From Hemiscyllium ocellatum (Eukaryota), in the NCBI RefSeq assembly GCF_020745735.1, contig NC_083416.1, forward strand, positions 38,465,131 to 38,529,130: a DNA stretch of 64,000 bases, in the 5' to 3' direction. The notes below the pieces were generated by a model. It was given only the letters and a program-made list of their open reading frames with translations. It searched no databases and was not told the origin of the DNA. Below, in pieces: positions 1-13,849 of this stretch (positions are counted from its first letter, which is position 1; each line of letters begins with the position of its first letter). Position numbers and translations under genes: made by a program.

Positions 1-947
1 GGCAGTAGGAGAGTGTAAAGTCAAGTGGCTAATTTCTCTAACTTCCTTATCAAATTTATCTTAATATTTGTAAAACCTCAGTCAAATCACACCTTAACCT
101 TTTAAAGTTCACAGAATGCTGCTCTAGTTTGTGTAAATCACTTATTTTTAACCCTTGGAGAGCAAATAGCATTCTGGTAAATCAATGCTGCTCACCCTTC
201 AAGGCCTTTATATCCAACAGCTGAAATTTAGATGTTGCTTTTAATGTGATAAAACATCATTAGAGGTTTCATGGCAGCATTATAAAACAAAAGTAGACAC
301 TGAGCCATTGTATGAGAGGGAACTGCTATTGGATAGCAAGTGGATACTGATTGACAAGAGTGTTGTCATGACTTTGGAGTGCACCAATAAATGATGATTG
401 ACAGTTAAGTGCCCAGTATTGTTTATATTTTAAACCAGGCAGGTTGATTCTGATTGGTTGAAAATTACATTAATAAATTAACCAGCAAACAGCTATCACC
501 TTTTTTGTTAGTTCAAATAGATGCAGTCTGTGTACATGTTCTTTTCTGCAAAGGATAGAGACCTATGTGTTAGTATAAATAGTTTCCAATGTATGTAAGT
601 GTTACCACACTGATTGGTAGTTAATAAAAGATTGCTTGTTAGTGTAATTTTTTGCACATTCAGGATTATCCAGAAATGTTGCCCAGTTGCAGAATGACAT
701 CTAATGTTGTTCACAGTGTTGCATGTTTTGCAAGCATAAGCTGCTTGTTACAGTCAGTACTTTGCTTGTTGACTGTAATCTAAAACACTGCAAGAATAGA
801 TATGTTGTTGACACACCCCAGAAGCTAAAGAGTAATTTGTTTGTCTTGGGATTTAAATGCAGCAAAGTCAATCTTCTGAGCCTCATCAGGACTGTCCTCA
901 AACATAAAATGCTCTTAATTGATGGGACTGACTTAACAGCAGTGACA

Positions 948-1078
948 GAGTCTTAGCATTATACAGCATGGAATCAGACTCTGGATTTCAACTGTTCCAT
1001 TCTGACTAGATAACCTAAATTAAATTAGTCCCATTTTCCAGCACTTGGCCCATATCTCTCTAAACCCTTTCTATTCAT
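948..1078 (-). mobile_element. CR1 LINE extreme 3' end (outer element, left piece; continues at 3126)
   Basis: CR1-type tail sequence; ...ctctaaacccttttctattcata joins seamlessly to catatacccatccagatgcc at 3126. Confidence 0.75.
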
Positions 1079-3125
1079 AAGACCAAAAGATCATATGACC
1101 ATAAGACATCAGAGCAGTTGTTAGGCTATTCAGCCCACCGACTCTGCTCCACCATTCAAACATGGCTGATATGTTTCTCATCCCCATTCTCCCACCTTCT
1201 CCCCATAGGCCTTGACCGCCTTGACAATCAAGAACCTTACTATCTCAGTCTTAAATACATTCAATGACCTAGCTGCCACAGCTTTCTATGGCAATGAATT
1301 CTATAGATTCACCACTCTCTGGTTGAAGAAGTTTCTCCTTATCTCAGTTCTAAAAGGTCTTCCCTTTAAACTAAGTCTGTGCCCTTGAGTCCTAGTTTTT
1401 TCTGCCAATGGAAACATCTTCCCAATATCCACTCTGCCCAGGCCATTCAGTATTCTATATGTTTCAATTAGATCAACCCATATCCTCTAAACTCCATTGA
1501 ATATAGAGCCAGAGATCTCAAATGTTCCTCATATGTTAAGCTTTTCATTCTTGGGACCATTCTCGTAGACCCGTCTGAACATGCTCCAGGGCCAGTACAT
1601 ACTTCCTGAGATATGGGGCCCAAAACTGCACATGATACTCCAAACGTGGTCTGACCAGAGCGTTATAGAGCCTCAGCAGTAGATCCCAGCTTTTATATTC
1701 AAGTCCTCTCAAAATAAATGCCATCATTGCATTTGCCATCCTAACTACTGACTCAACCTGCAAGTTTACCTTGAAAGAATCCTGGACTAGAACTCTCAAG
1801 TCTCTTTGCACTTCAGACTTCTGAATTTTCTTCCCATTTAAAAAATAGTCCATGCCTCTGTTTTTCCTACCAAAGTGCATGACCTCACACTTTCCCATGT
1901 TGTACTTCACCTGCCACTTCTTTACTCACTCTCCTAACCTGTCCAAATCCTTCTGCAGCCTTTCCCACCTCCTCAATGCTCCCTATCTCTCTACCTGTCT
2001 TTCTATCATCTGCAAACTTGGCCAGAATGCCCTCAGTTTCTTCATCTCGATCATTATTGTGTGAAGTGAAAAGTTGCAGTCTCAACACTGAGTCTTGTGG
2101 AATACCATTTGTCACCAGTTGCTATCCCTCATGACTCTTTTATCTCCACTGTCTGCTTTCTATCCATGCTAGCACGTTGGCTATAACACCATGGGCCCTC
2201 ATCTTACTCAGTAGCCTCCTATGTGGCACCTTGGCAACGGTCCTCTTGAAGTCCAGGTAGATAACATCCATTGGCTCACCTTGGTCTAACCTGCTCATTA
2301 CTTCCTCAAAGAATTCTAGCAGATTTGACAGGCATGACCTCCCCTTGATGAATCCATGCTGACATTGCTATATTTTACCATACGCTTCCAAGTATTCAGA
2401 AATCTCATCCTTCACAATGGATTCCAGGATCTTACCCACAACTGAAGTTAGGCAAACCAGCTTGTAATTTTCTGTTATTTTGCCTTACTCCTTTTTTAAA
2501 CAGGGGATTTTCCAGTCCTCTGGGACCTTACCTGATTTTAGCGATTCCTGAAAGATTACCACTAACATCTCCACTATCTCTTCAGCTATCTCTTTTAGAA
2601 CTCTGGGATGTAGTCCATCTGGTCCAGGTGATTTATCCACCTTGAGGCCATTCAGTCTTTCTAGCACTTTCTTCTTGGTGATGGCCAACATACTCAGCTC
2701 TGGACCCTTCCTATCTTTTTGGGATATTACTTGTGTCTTCCACTGAGAAGACAGATGCAAAATAATTGTTCAGTTCCTTAGCCATTTCCTTGTTTCCCAC
2801 TACTATCTCTCCAGCATCATTTTCCAGTGTCCATCTTTGCCTCTCTTTTGTCCTTTATACATCTAAAGAAAGTCTTACAGTCGTCCTTCATATTACTGGC
2901 TAGCTTTCACTCATATGTCATCTTCTCTCTTTTTCTGTTGGCCTTTGTAAGCTTCTCAATCCTCTGGTTTCCCACTGCCCTTCGCTACATTACATGCTTT
3001 CTCTTTTGCTTTTATGCTTTCCATGACTTCACTGGTCAGCCATAGTTACCTCATCCTCTTTGGACCATGCTTCTTTTTCCTTGGGAGCAATCTCTGCTGT
3101 GTCTCCTGAATTATTCCCAGAAAGG
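1079..3125 (-). mobile_element. CR1 LINE, 5'-truncated, degenerate RT, nested in another CR1
   Basis: ORF fragments KVDKSPGPDGLHPRVLKE (2485-2760), GIPQDSVL...KFADD (1885-2115), KCEVMHFGRKN...LVRPRLEY (1545-1910); gaccata-like tandem tail at 1079-1110. Confidence 0.92.
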
Positions 3126-3585
3126 CATATACCCATCCAGATGCCTTCTAAATATTATAATCGTACCAACCACCACCGCTTCCTCTGGCAGCTCATTCCA
3201 TACACGCACCGTCCTCTGCTTGAAAGAGGTGCCCCTTGGGTCCCTTTCAAATCTTTCACCTCTCACCTTATACCTATACCCTATAGTTTTTGACTCTCCT
3301 ACCCTGGGAAAAAAGACCTTGGGTATTTACCCTATCCATTCCCCTCATGATTTTACACCTTTCTATAACTTCATCCCTCAGCCTCCGATGCTTCAAGGAA
3401 AATAGCCCCAACCTATTCAGCTTATAACTCAAGCCCAGCAACTTCCTTGTAAATCTTTTCTGAACCTTTTGAAGTTTCACAACATCTTTCCTATAGCAGG
3501 GAGACTGGAATTGAATGCAATATTCCAAAAGTGGCCTAAACAATGTCCTGTACAGCCACAACAAGACATCCCAACTTCGATAGTT
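3126..3585 (-). mobile_element. CR1 LINE 3' region (outer element, right piece)
   Basis: ORF 3274-3639: LYRTLFRPLLEYCIQF...LGLFSLKHRRLR, typical CR1 ORF2 C-terminus. Confidence 0.85.
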
Positions 3586-6500
3586 AATAGCAGGTAATCC
3601 GCTTGCTCTGTTTACAACAGTTAATTGCTTGAAAATCATCTTTGCTGCACTGTAATATGCATCTTCTTTAGATAAACCAAACTACTACAGGTACCAGACC
3701 ACAGTGTATGCTGGGTATGCTCAGTATGACTAGAGAGTACTAGATTGGATGGATACAACCGTTATTAAATCTAGTAAATAGACACGAGCACAAAAGAAAT
3801 CCCTGGGCACACCACTATTCAGATTCTCCCAATTAAACTATCTTCTCACCAAGCCTACATCATCTCCCACAGCTCAGTTAATTCCCTAAGCAAACAAAAG
3901 TCCTCAATTCTATGAGTTATAATAACCTTTTATGAGGCACTTAATCAAATGTCTTCTGGAAATCCATAAATATAAAATTATTAGACATTCCCCTATGCAA
4001 CATATCATTCCCACTTCAAAAATTCTAACATTGCATAAATTCATGCTGACTAATTGTATTAAGCTACAAACTCCAAGATGGTTGGACATTATGTCCTTTG
4101 TTATAGAATCCTGGAATGTCCTAACGGTTGCGAAGCTCAGTGCTGTATACTTTTTTAGATTTTCCCTCTCACTATCAGTAAAATAATTTATTTTACTGCT
4201 TTAACTTATGTTTTAAAAATTAGATATAATAAAGTATTAACAAAAGCTAAAGGCTTTCATGTTCTTGCTATAAAATCATGTTAGCTAACTCTCACTTCTG
4301 TCCAGAGGTGAAAATCTTGCAGTTCATTTAATCAAGAATAAAGCCAAATGTTAAAAAATGCAGCTTTGATAATATTACATTTTATATAATGTCATTGTCT
4401 GCCACAGGGTTGAATGTATGATGTTCAAAACTGTTTAAGAAGCAAGGATTTTATTTTAGCACTTAATTATGACATTGTGAATCATAGACTTCTTGGAAAT
4501 GATCCTCTACTCATTCATTTATAGAACCAGATTTCTTGAACATTTCAATGTGGAGTCATTAGTAATTAGAGTATTGTTCTTCTGAATCACAATTAGTGGA
4601 AATCTGACTGCATATGCTTAAGAAACCCTTGAACAAGCTGCTACCTCAGCTCATTTACTACTTAACATACGTTACTTAAATTCATGTCTTCAACACACTT
4701 CTGTTTCTGAAGCTTTTCTCTGAAGTAACTCAGGATTTGTCCTCAGTTCTGCCTTGTCTATTTTGGAGACTGCTAAATTTTTAGCATATCTCTTGTGAAA
4801 AACATTTTCTCTCTGAATAAATCTACATACTGCCTGAATCCTCTCAGATGGTTCTGAATCTGATTTCATCTCTTCTGCTCTTCTTTCTAATGAACTGAAT
4901 CATTCATCCTCAGTTTTATTCTAAAATTGTAAACCTTCAAGAAAATGCATGTATCAACAAACATCAGACACATGGGCATCACTCAACAGAACAAATTTAA
5001 AATGGAACTAGTAATCGCTTCTCTCCCTTTCTTTTCACATAACATAGAAATACAAATCAAACTTAAGGTGATGCATCATTCTTCCACATTGGAACCCAAG
5101 ATTTCAAATAGTTATGAAATATTATTAATCTTCATCACACCTCCTCGAAGACAATAAGTTAAAAGGTACTGTTGAGAGGACTTCTGATTTTGCTATTACA
5201 ATTTCTTCTTATTGCTACATCTATACCAGATTTTATGTTGATAGTTCATGTTTAAAGTAAATACATAAGAACTTTCCGTGTAATAATTTTTTCATGAACA
5301 CAAGTCCATTTAGCTCACTTCATTTATTTTAATTTATATTCCCTCATTATAAAGCATCTGCTCCAATATCATCTCTTCCTCCCGCATGAAGGATTTTAAA
5401 TTGTATGATTTCAGCATTAACCTTCAACAAAATATTCTCAAATTTGTGTTGTAAAATCTTTATGATCTGAATAAATAATAAAATATGAAGATTTGTTTCA
5501 TATATAGACTTCAAAATGTTGTAGATCCAATACCAAATTCAGTCATTTTTCTTCCCACAGTTGAATATATTTCTTGGCACACATTCAGTTTTGTGTGAAA
5601 AATAACTGCCTAGTTACTCAATCTCCATCTCATCCTCCTGTCATAACACTACACCAACACTAATCTGGCATCCACAGCCATTTTAAATGTTGATATGTAA
5701 TGTGGTTCTGCTACACTTGGTGTGGACATCATTACAGCTTCAAGTTGTCAAAAGCATTCTGACATCTCTTTGTACCTATTCAAATTTTTGGTCATTTTTT
5801 AAAAATACACCTTTCAGGAATTGCATTACAGTTCTGAAATTTTGATTGGACTTCCATTTATGCCAATATGCTACAAAAACTTTTATTTTGTCTTAGGCAT
5901 GAGAAACTCCAAGATAGATCTGATTTTTACTTTCATAAGCATTACTTGGCCTTGTCCCATAATATGGCCTAAATAAGTCACTTTTACTTTGACAAGTTCA
6001 CTTTTAGCCAGCTTATGATCAAATTGACTCTGCGGGTTCAACCTTACGTATTTTGGCTAAGTGTCAATTGTGTTAAGATTTTCAGAGTGTTTTAACCACG
6101 AGGTCAAGCAAGGTTTCTCACCATATTGCACAAAATATGCATCATTAATTACCTACCCTGCCCCTTTAGAATCTCTCTCATTCAATTCTGGCCCCATCTT
6201 AACACTCCTGGAGCAACTTGCCACACAGTGGAAATCCTACAAACGAAACCCATCCCTGACTCCATCTTTAAAATGCGACTGTGCACCCAGACAATTGCTG
6301 ACAATGTGACACTGCCCTACACTGACAATGCAATGGTAGAGAATCCATAAAGCCATGTTGCTCACAATACATGGCCAGCATGGTTGCCAGATACTTCCTT
6401 CAAATATAAACCCATACTCTAACCTAGTCACGATTTAATTACCAGGCCCACAGTTGATATATCCTTAGCTATATCCTGTCTAAAACACCCTCTTTACATC

Positions 6501-7089
6501 ACATTTTTTGTCCCCAGTGCCCACTAGTGACCTGCAACTTTTCATTTTCGAGTAAGAGAACATCATTTACAGCCATACAAAGAATGGATAGAAGGCTATG
6601 GACAGAGTATAGATAAGTGGGATTAGTGCAGTTTGGTGCTTGTTTGTGAGCATTGACCTGATGAGTCAAAGAGCCTATTTCTAAGCTGTATGACTCCATG
6701 CCTAAGATAAAATGAACAGAAGCTGTCATTCATCCTTATATTAAAAACAAATGCTGTCATCATAACCAACAACTATTAAACAATCTACGATGGTCTGCTG
6801 TACACAGCTCTCACCTACCAGAGCCTGGTGTCAGTCAGGTCCTATTGGCTTGTAGTGTCCAATATGGCTCAGTTCTATCATGCATATGGAAAGAATCCAT
6901 CTCCTCAAAAGGCTGATTCAATTCTCCCAGTTCCTCAAAATCTATTAAATTGCCTTGTTTTAGTTTCCATTTGCCCAGAACACAGCATATAATAATGCTA
7001 TAAACTTCACCACAGCAAAGTAAATATTTATGTAATTTCCCAGTGAGCTAAGCAAAAAAAAAGATAATTTTCCAAAAGTAAATGAAGAA

Positions 7090-7760
7090 TTTCCATTAAT
7101 TCGTTAATGTTCACATTCAGTAAGGTCTCACATAAATGAGTGTTATTACTCATTGAATTGAAGTGAAATATTGACATGGCAAGGAGATTTGATTAGGCAA
7201 ACAAAGACAGAAAATAGATAAAATAGGTATGCACTTAAATAAGAAGGAAATGTTTGGTAGTGTCTATAATAAGATATATAGGTTTTTCAAATTTTCACTA
7301 TAGTTATTAATGACTGGGATTAGAGAATAGCGAGTCATTTATCCATATATGGCAGTGAAAAAAAATGATAAAATGTTAATAAATAGTGTATATAGGAACA
7401 TTACCTTGCAAAACATCATAAACAGATTCAAAGGGGTCAACAAAACTGTGGAAAATGGACTCTGATACATAAAGCACCATATGATCCATTTCAAGACTGA
7501 TCGGAGAAGTTTTTTAAAATGGTGAAAATCTAGGAACAATTGATGTACAAAAAAAAAGGAGTCCTTGAACCTAGATCACTAAAAAAAATGTAATGGTTAA
7601 GTATAAAAATTAAACTAAAAGGCCAATAGGATGATAGCTTGTACATTTAGAGGCTGAAATGAAAAGGGGATGACATGTATCTGTAAATAAACAAAGTTCT
7701 TATTTAACCATATTTGGCATAGTGTGTACAATCAAGGAGACAGCATTTTAGAAACAATTT
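7090..7760 (+). mobile_element. Old, heavily decayed CR1 RT fragment
   Basis: Order of degenerate motifs matches the CR1 RT region seen elsewhere in the window; many stops. Confidence 0.5.
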
Positions 7761-8029
7761 GTTGAATTTTATACCTAGGTGCAAATCCATTGTTCGGATT
7801 AGTTTTGAATCCCAACCCAAAACGTTCCTGTATATTTTTAAAGGAATACCAAACACATGCTAGGGATCGGACTCACTATCCAATTCACAATGGTGAATGG
7901 ATTAGAGTTTAAACGACCAATGAAAGTCTCTCCACAGTCACAGATCAACAGCCTCAAAAGCTAAAATGGGATCTGCATTCGTAATATAGAGAGAAAAGGG
8001 GAGTGAAAATCAACTGAGTCTTTTTATAT

Positions 8030-8150
8030 TAAAAAAAATGCAAAATACTACAGATCTGAAGTAAGATAGAAAATGTTGGAGAAACTCAGCTGGTGTGGAA
8101 GCATCTGAGGGGAGAGTAACAGAGTTAACATTTTGAGTCTAATGACTGTT
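8030..8150 (-). mobile_element. Penelope-like terminal-repeat fragment
   Basis: gttggagaaactcagc...gcatctgagg...agagttaacattttgagtc matches other PLE tail copies (9885, 25047, 46766). Confidence 0.6.
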
Positions 8151-8354
8151 TTAAAAAAAAAGTGGCTGCAACTGTGGCTGTGATGTTGGAGAGTTAGACC
8201 CTTCATGAAATAGCCAGGAGCTACAACTGTGATCTTTAACCTTTAGAGGTGATAGGGTGGAATGCGGGTGCTGTCTCTTATATTTAAGAATATGCTCTCC
8301 CCTCTTAAATGATAAAGACTATTTTGGCCTTCGGAGCAAAAGGGTTTGAGGAGA

Positions 8355-8935
8355 AGAGAAGGGGTGTCTTGCTGCAAAAGTACAGGGTACTGGTGAGACC
8401 ACACCTGGAGTTGTATGTGCAGTTCTGTTCTCCTTATCTGAGAAAAGATGGTATGGCTATGAAGCTATGAAGAAAGCAAATGAAGGGTTATCAGACTGAT
8501 CCGTAGGATGGCAGTACAATATATGGAGAAAGACAGGATCAGTTAGGACTATATTCACTGAAGATTAGAAAAATAAGGAAGTATCTCATAGACAGAATTC
8601 TGGCAGCACTAGATAGGGTAAACAAAGCAATGATGTGACTGATGACCAGAGAGTACAGATAAGGGGATAACAGAATAGAGTATTTAGGACTGAGATGAGA
8701 AGAACTTTCTTCACTCAGAGAGTGGTGAGCCTATGGAATTTTCTGGAAATCACAGAAAGCAGTTGAGGCCTACATGTTTTCAAGGAGAGTTAGCTTTAGT
8801 TCTTAGGGCTAAAGTGACCAAAGGGTATGGGGAGAAAGAAGGAACAGGGTCCTGGTTTGGATGATCCACCATGATCGTACTGAATGGCAAGCAGGGCTTG
8901 AAAGGCCAATTGACCTACTCTTTCTCCTATTTTCC
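8355..8935 (+). mobile_element. CR1 LINE 3' fragment
   Basis: ctggtgagaccacacctggag (LVRPHLE), ttcttcactcagagagtggtgagc (FFTQRVV), CR1 3' UTR ending in ttctcctattttccatg. Confidence 0.85.
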
Positions 8936-8939
8936 ATGT

Positions 8940-9250
8940 TTCTCCTCCGTGATCCCGCCTGCTCCCGCCCCCCCACCCCCCCGTACCCATCCCCGTCCCC
9001 ATATCACCCTATTCCATTCTCCTCCATCCCATTCCACTTTGCCTTGGTCTCTGTACATCACCCTCTCCCATTCTGACCCCTCCCTCAGCTTGTATCCTCT
9101 AGCGCAACTCCCCTACATCACCACCAATGCTTTTCAATCTCCAATCACCTGCACTTACCCTTTTGACCTCAGTTTCCCCTGCTCCCCTCTTCCACCTGCT
9201 CCCGCAAAAACCTAATTCCCCATTCCCCACCACTTCAACTCCTGTTCCCC
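8940..9250. repeat. C-rich low-complexity tract
   Basis: Dense runs of C (cccgccccccaccccccgtacccatccccg...); explains the Pro-rich pseudo-ORFs. Confidence 0.7.
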
Positions 9251-9884
9251 TTTCATTTGGATATTAAGCAATTTAAAAGTGAATTTCTTAACTGCACTCT
9301 TCAGCTCTCATATTGTCTCCTGATTTAACCCACTTGGCCAAAATAAACATGGAACAAATAACAGTCAGTGCCCTACCTGTATTCCTGTGATAGCAGACTT
9401 TGGCCCAGGTATATAGATACAGGTTGAAGGGCTCTCTGTCACTAGGTTTAGACCTCCCATCACATCTGTTACTCTCACGCAGATCTGTTTCATGCTGTTT
9501 GAAGTTACTAACCCCTGCTGTCTTGCACTGTTTCAGGAGTTGTTGACCTCACTCTCTTTTCCTTTGCTTCAGAAAGTGTTGACTCCACACTCTCCCATAT
9601 TTTGATAAACAAAAACCAAAATTGCAAGAGAAGATCAGCAGTCTGGCACCATTTGTGAAGAGAAAATAGTGCTAGCATTTCAAGTCCAACGACCCTTTTT
9701 CTCTTGCACTTTTCCTGAAGTTGCTGCACCCTCATATATGTACACAAAAAAGTTCTAAATTATATCTAAATTATATCTTTTGCAGACAAAAAGAACAAAT
9801 AAAAGTTTTGAATGTTGACATTTTTCAGAGTTTCTCAATGGTTGCAAAAAACAAAGGCATTTCTACTCATGCAGGTAACTATTA

Positions 9885-10020
9885 TAAAATGTGAAAGAAC
9901 TGTGAATGCTATAAATCAGAAACAAAAATAGAAATTGCTGTAAAAGTTCAACAGTTCTAATAGCATCTGTGGAGAGAATTCAGAGTTAACATTTTGTGTT
10001 GAGTGACCCTTCCTCAGAAC
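9885..10020 (-). mobile_element. Penelope-like terminal repeat with degenerate hammerhead motif
   Basis: Minus strand gttCTGAGGAAGGGTCACTCAACACAAAATGTTAACTCTG followed by the PLE tail shared with 25047 and 50086. Confidence 0.7.
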
Positions 10021-10099
10021 CCAGGTAACTATTATGTTCATTTTGAGCCGCTGAGAGTCTGACAACTGTAAAGACCCTTGTTACATTTTGGCAGAAAGA

Positions 10100-10365
10100 C
10101 CTTAGATGGTGATGTTTTCCCATTAAGCCTTTGCAGCAACACTCGGTTATTTTCAACTCTTCACACTTGATGACCAATAAGTTTTGGGCAGACCAAAGAG
10201 CATCTTTCACTGAGATAAAGGTCTTCCAGGTACTGTCAATGTTTGTCTCAGATTGCATGCCAAGCAACAGCTTGTAGAGTCCCACATTATGGAGCTGCTT
10301 GGGACAAATCTTAACAAAAACCATGCATCTCTCTTCTTTGTAGAGCAACATTCCTGAAGGAAGTG
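10100..10365 (-). mobile_element. Tx1/L1-clade LINE ORF2 C-terminal fragment
   Basis: ETNIDSTWKTFISVKDALWSAQNLLVIKCEELKITECC resembles the C-terminus of Tx1-type ORF2 (recognised from memory). Confidence 0.6.
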
Positions 10366-10394
10366 TGTAACAGTTCCTTTCCTCCTCTTCTCAC

Positions 10395-10790
10395 GACCAG
10401 TTAAGCTGCCCAGGCAGTGGAATTCAAGGACATAGTTGGCCTGTCTCAGGTGCAAGGTACCATTGACTTTATTCATGTCACACTGACAGGACCATATCAT
10501 GACACTGCAAAATTCATCAATAGCAAAGGGTTTCACACAGTCTGCAATCACTGCTATCACTTCCTGGAAATGTGTGCTAGCTACCTTGGCAAGTGCAATG
10601 GACCCACTTATTGAAGCATTCTTGTGTACTGGTATTTTTGAGGACACTGAATCCTTGAAAGGCTGGATACTGGCAGTTAAGAGTGACCCACTGCAAGCAA
10701 TGGTGACACCATTGTGCAATCCCTGACTGATGCAGAGCTGCCCATGTTTTAACCAAGGCCATAGTGGAGCAAACGAGGCTGATACTTAAC
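10395..10790 (+). pseudogene. PIF/Harbinger DDE transposase remnant (HARBI1-like family)
   Basis: GLSQVQGTIDFIHVTL...FINSKGFH...VCNH...LEMCASYLGKC, then GWILAVKSDPL...VTPLCNP: DDE_Tnp_4-type motifs with frameshifts. Confidence 0.8.
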
Positions 10791-12695
10791 CAAAAAATAA
10801 GATTTGGCCCTTTAGGTTTACAGTCTTGTCATATTTTCCCAACTGAATCACCATTGCGCATTTTGTTCAGGGATTATTAAATACACCCCATAGTTACAGA
10901 CAACATCATTTAGTAATACCAGGACAAAATAGAGCTATTACTAAAGCAAGAGTAAATGTAATTCATGTGTTTTTTTTAATACCGGAATACCATGACAATC
11001 TTAATGGAGAATATGTAATAAAGGATTTACATAAGACATGTATTTTTGTAAATGTCTTTTTTGTGGTCTTCCTTCACTTCATGAAACCGGAGTGGGTGTT
11101 GCTTTGCACATAGAAAGCAGCTTTATATATTTTGCTGTAGAAATCACAGGAGCAGAATTAATGGGTATCTTTTCCATTATTAAAATGCCAACAATTGGTT
11201 GAGTTGAGCTTGTTTCCACAAGTGCACAACTGACTTGAGTTCTTCTATATTCAATGAGCTTTTCTGATGAATAATTTTAGCACATTTTTGTTGGTCAAAG
11301 TGTAATCTTTTATAAGTATGACTGCTTACTGCGGTTAAAATAATTGTATGTAGTTTTTGCACAAAGATAGCATAACGATTTAAATGTGGTATTGCCTGTA
11401 GAATAGGGACAGTCCAGAGAAAAGTTAAAATAAAGAAAAGTACAATTTATATTCATCATGACATTCCAATAAGCAAGAAGATAACATGTGAATGAATGAA
11501 CTGTGGAATAAAGTAGATTTGCAGGACTAAATTCACTGCATCTTTTATGGCAAAAGACATCTGTAATAGAGCTCACAGCAGTCGAGTTCCTAATAAGCCA
11601 TGGCATCTTATGTGAATATTTCCATTGTAGAGGAATAAGGTTGCATGAGGAACAAGCACTCTCCTGATTTTTACATATTTGGCAATTATATGAAGAGAAC
11701 CATTAGCTAGAACATCATGTATCTTACAACTATTATTGTGTCTGTGGTTTTGTAGAATAATATGAGGAAATATCAAGAATATTTGATACAAATAAAACAA
11801 CACAACAATGCTGGATAATAACACATTTATAACCTTCATATCAACTGACTCCAGTGACCAGATCTGGCAGAAACTCTATAGAACCGTGCTTCGATGGATT
11901 ATGCAGCATTGAGAGACCATAAGAATGTTGAGCATGGTGGTAGAAAATGAAAAGAACACACCTGGTGTGAGAGCACTGTTGGGCATGTTGGTAGTAACTG
12001 TGAGTTTGGGACAATCCATTTGGTCTCAATGTCAGCCTTCCAAAGCACTAAGGAAATACAATGCAACTTTTCTGACCAATTGCCTTACATCAAGTTCATC
12101 CAATTCTGATGAAAATGTATTTCTCCTGAAACATTAAGATTAATTTAATTTAGACCATGATCTATGTTCTAGTTCACCAGTTCACCAATTCCACCATTTC
12201 CAAGATTATTATCTGGAATAAGACAGGGCTACGAGTTTGCAAGCATTGGATACCTAATACAACTTGTTGAAAATATCTGTCAAGGGTTATTTTTGGAAGC
12301 AACTGGGATTTTCCAGTTGACTCTAGGTTCCTGCAGCCTGAAAGGGGAACAGAGTAAACATCTGGAGATGGCTTCCTAGCCAGAGGCCCAGAGTGGCTGG
12401 GGATGGGAAGTGAGGAATTGGGCAATGCTGTCAAGATAGACCTAGAAGCCCTTTCTGACTGTCTCTGTTGTAGCTGCAGAATAGCTTGTGTAGCAATGTC
12501 TCGGCCATTAAGGCCTTTTATATTCAAGATTTTTAGAAAATTTGAGAGAGAGTATCTTCATCTTAGCATATCCTTTCCCTCACTTCTGTCCAAAGACATC
12601 CTTTGTTTGGTTCCAAACTGGAGATTGATTCTTCAGCTTTAAGACCTGACTAACTTTAACTTGGTTATTATAATTATATGACCTTAGTTAGATGA

Positions 12696-12802
12696 TGTGG
12701 AGGTACCAGTGTTGGACTAAGATGGACAAAGTTAAAAATCACACAGCACCAGGTTATAGTCCAACAGGTAATCTAATAAACCTGGTGTTGTGTGATTTTT
12801 AA
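12696..12802. mobile_element. Short fold-back Penelope-tail insertion with 13 bp TSD
   Basis: aagttaaaaatcacacagcaccaggtt ... aacctggtgttgtgtgatttttaactt inverted arms; flanks cttagttagatga (12683-12695) / cttagtcagatga (12803-12815). Confidence 0.75.
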
Positions 12803-13849
12803 CTTAGTCAGATGACCATAAATAAATGTCCTCTGCCCAATAATTGGCCAGTTCAGGCAAAGTCACAGATGAGTGACTCTCACTCATATCATGCTATTTT
12901 CTGATGACTAAGTGAGGCTCCCAGTTGTGTCCTGATGTATGTGAAGAAAGTCATATTCATTAACCTTGGTTCACTTTTCACAGATGCTGCTAGACCTGAT
13001 GGGTATTTCTAACATTTTCTTTATTGTTGTATTTTACTTTTTAGCTTGTTTTCTATGGTAAAAATGTATTCTGAAAGTAAGCTATTATTGTTTGAACTTC
13101 TTTAAATTTGTTTTTGTCTTTATCATAATTTTAATAATTAATTTGTCCATCCATGGGATAGTAATGTATATAAAATGAATAGGAAGGCATGTAGTATTTG
13201 AACTACGACATTTTATTTGAACAGAATGAATATGCCATCCATGGTTACTAATACATGCAAAGCCACTAAAAAAATTACATCATTTTCTCCATTGAAAATT
13301 CTGTAATAAATCAGAACAATCTTCAAATAAACTCCAGCTGTCGTCTCATTGTCTAAAATCAAAGTGGAATCACTATAGATATGAAGTATGTTGCAATAAA
13401 ATTCATGCATAGAAACATTCATTGAGACAGTCAAGTTTCATTTATAATTTTAGTGTAAGATTCAGTGTTTGATATATTAATAATATTGGCTGTCTATCTA
13501 GGTGACATTAATGCATTCTTGACACGCTCAAGCTCCTTTGACTTATACATAAACTTGAATTTCACCTGGGAGACAGAAAACAGAAGCTGAGTTTTTTTGG
13601 GGGTCAGAAACCCACCTTTGCTGGGCAACTGATTAACGGTCAGATTTTCATAAGGATGAATTATCTGGAGATGGGCTTCCAGTCCACTTAGAGCCAGAGG
13701 AATGGAGGTTTGTCAGATAAAGGATTGGACTGATTTAGATACCTCAGTTAAGCTACCACTGAGGCAATAAGGGATATAAAGGAAAGCATTTTGACATCCA
13801 GCAAGGGCAGCTCTCTGCACAGGGTCATCTTCCTTTGACACTAAATCCA

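Noticed and set aside
310-612. Probable interspersed repeat, possibly Penelope-derived
   Set aside because: No diagnostic motif or second copy in the window to support a call.
4670-5700. Coding-like purine-rich minus frame and possible ancient L1 fragments
   Set aside because: In-frame stops and only vague similarity; cannot be classified without a search.
12174-12527. 117 aa ORF as a stand-alone gene
   Set aside because: Non-ATG start, and part of it resembles repeat-like sequence at ~13665-13700.
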